64,000 nucleotides of DNA, from assembly GCF_964355755.1 (NCBI RefSeq), contig NC_092670.1, forward strand, positions 3,834,201-3,898,200, in the 5' to 3' direction. The notes beneath the pieces were generated by a model, which searched no databases, had not been told where the DNA came from, and saw nothing but the letters and a program-made list of their open reading frames with translations. Positions 63,241 through 64,000 of this stretch are shown one piece after another. This DNA is from Antedon mediterranea (taxonomy: Eukaryota > Animalia > Echinodermata). The position numbers were made by a program, and so were the translations under genes. Positions within the stretch are counted from its first letter, which is position 1. Each line of letters opens with the position of its first letter.

Positions 63241-64000
63241 GTTATCAAATTTGGAGTAAAAATACAAGCGAAGGAAACTAGCGCCAGGTTTATTAGTACG
63301 TACATGGACAACAATAAATAAAAATCGTTCGTAATATACCTAGCTTACTAAAACAGGAATAGTGTATCATTATTAAATATTACATCAATTATTATTTTAT
63401 CAAAATTGATTAAATCATTTTCTACATAGGCCTCTTATCTAGGTTAGGGCTAAGCATATTAGCTAAAGTTTAATTTTAGGCCTAGTATTACAATTGTCGG
63501 ACGTAAGTCTTTTTTCACACGCGCTCCAGAATTCTGTCGCAATTTTTTTCTTTGCGGCATGTTATTGGATCGGCATATCAGTTACCTTTTATTCAACGCC
63601 AGTTATTGAACTTGTCCTGGCAATCGCTGTTCACCTTATTTGCGAGAGAGGTACACGTGTTGTTCCTAGAGAATGGAATGTCAAAAATGTCTTTGGCACG
63701 CCGCTCAGAGAGAAGTCTGTGCGTTGCTGCTGAAACCACGTGCTATAGGAGGGAAATGCACCACAATCCTCTGAGCTGAGGGCTGAATCATTCCGCTACC
63801 TGCTAAATAGTAAAGAGGGATTGTCCATCTCTCGGGTCTACCGGATCTAGGCGCAGGGGTGTGACAAAATATTATTTTCACTCTGCTATGTTCGAGAGAC
63901 ATGTGAGTGAACACGCTCGAAATGCCAACAAACATTGCAGTCATTTGATGAGTGTGTCGCTATAACAATTATTGTTTATCGAAAGTTGAAGACTGTCGTT

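Noticed and set aside
63490-64000. Possible exon or promoter in the GC-richer window end
   Set aside because: No recognisable motif or consistent splice/ORF signal.

Overview
AT-rich, intron-containing animal genomic DNA, most likely from an echinoderm (inferred from fibropellin-like EGF-CUB exons, hyalin/HYR exons and the transposon repertoire). All host genes I could reconstruct lie on the minus strand. (1) Three intronless paralogs of an uncharacterised ~700-aa signal-peptide, multi-pass membrane protein (1-1832 partial, 42273-44369 intact, 49350-51558 frameshifted). (2) Two duplicated type-I receptors that share a cytoplasmic tandem death-effector-domain (DED-DED) exon. One has a TNF-receptor cysteine-rich ectodomain (4082-7113). 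The other (10055-12496) has a different TM exon that, once a 12-kb nested transposon block is removed, sits ~330 bp from a run of HYR-domain exons. (3) A fibropellin-like EGF-CUB-EGFn gene ending in a TM exon (about 53567-60245). About half the window is nested mobile DNA: two Academ-type elements, two BEL/Pao LTR retrotransposons (one with an in-frame RT/RNaseH deletion), hAT, P, Harbinger and pogo MITEs, Helentron-like HINEs, LINE tails, a hammerhead-like insertion and a 42-bp minisatellite. The most interesting signal is an apparent modular 'adaptor-less death receptor' system: one DED-DED tail joined to unrelated ectodomains. Exon models were read by hand from splice sites and phases; no searches were run.
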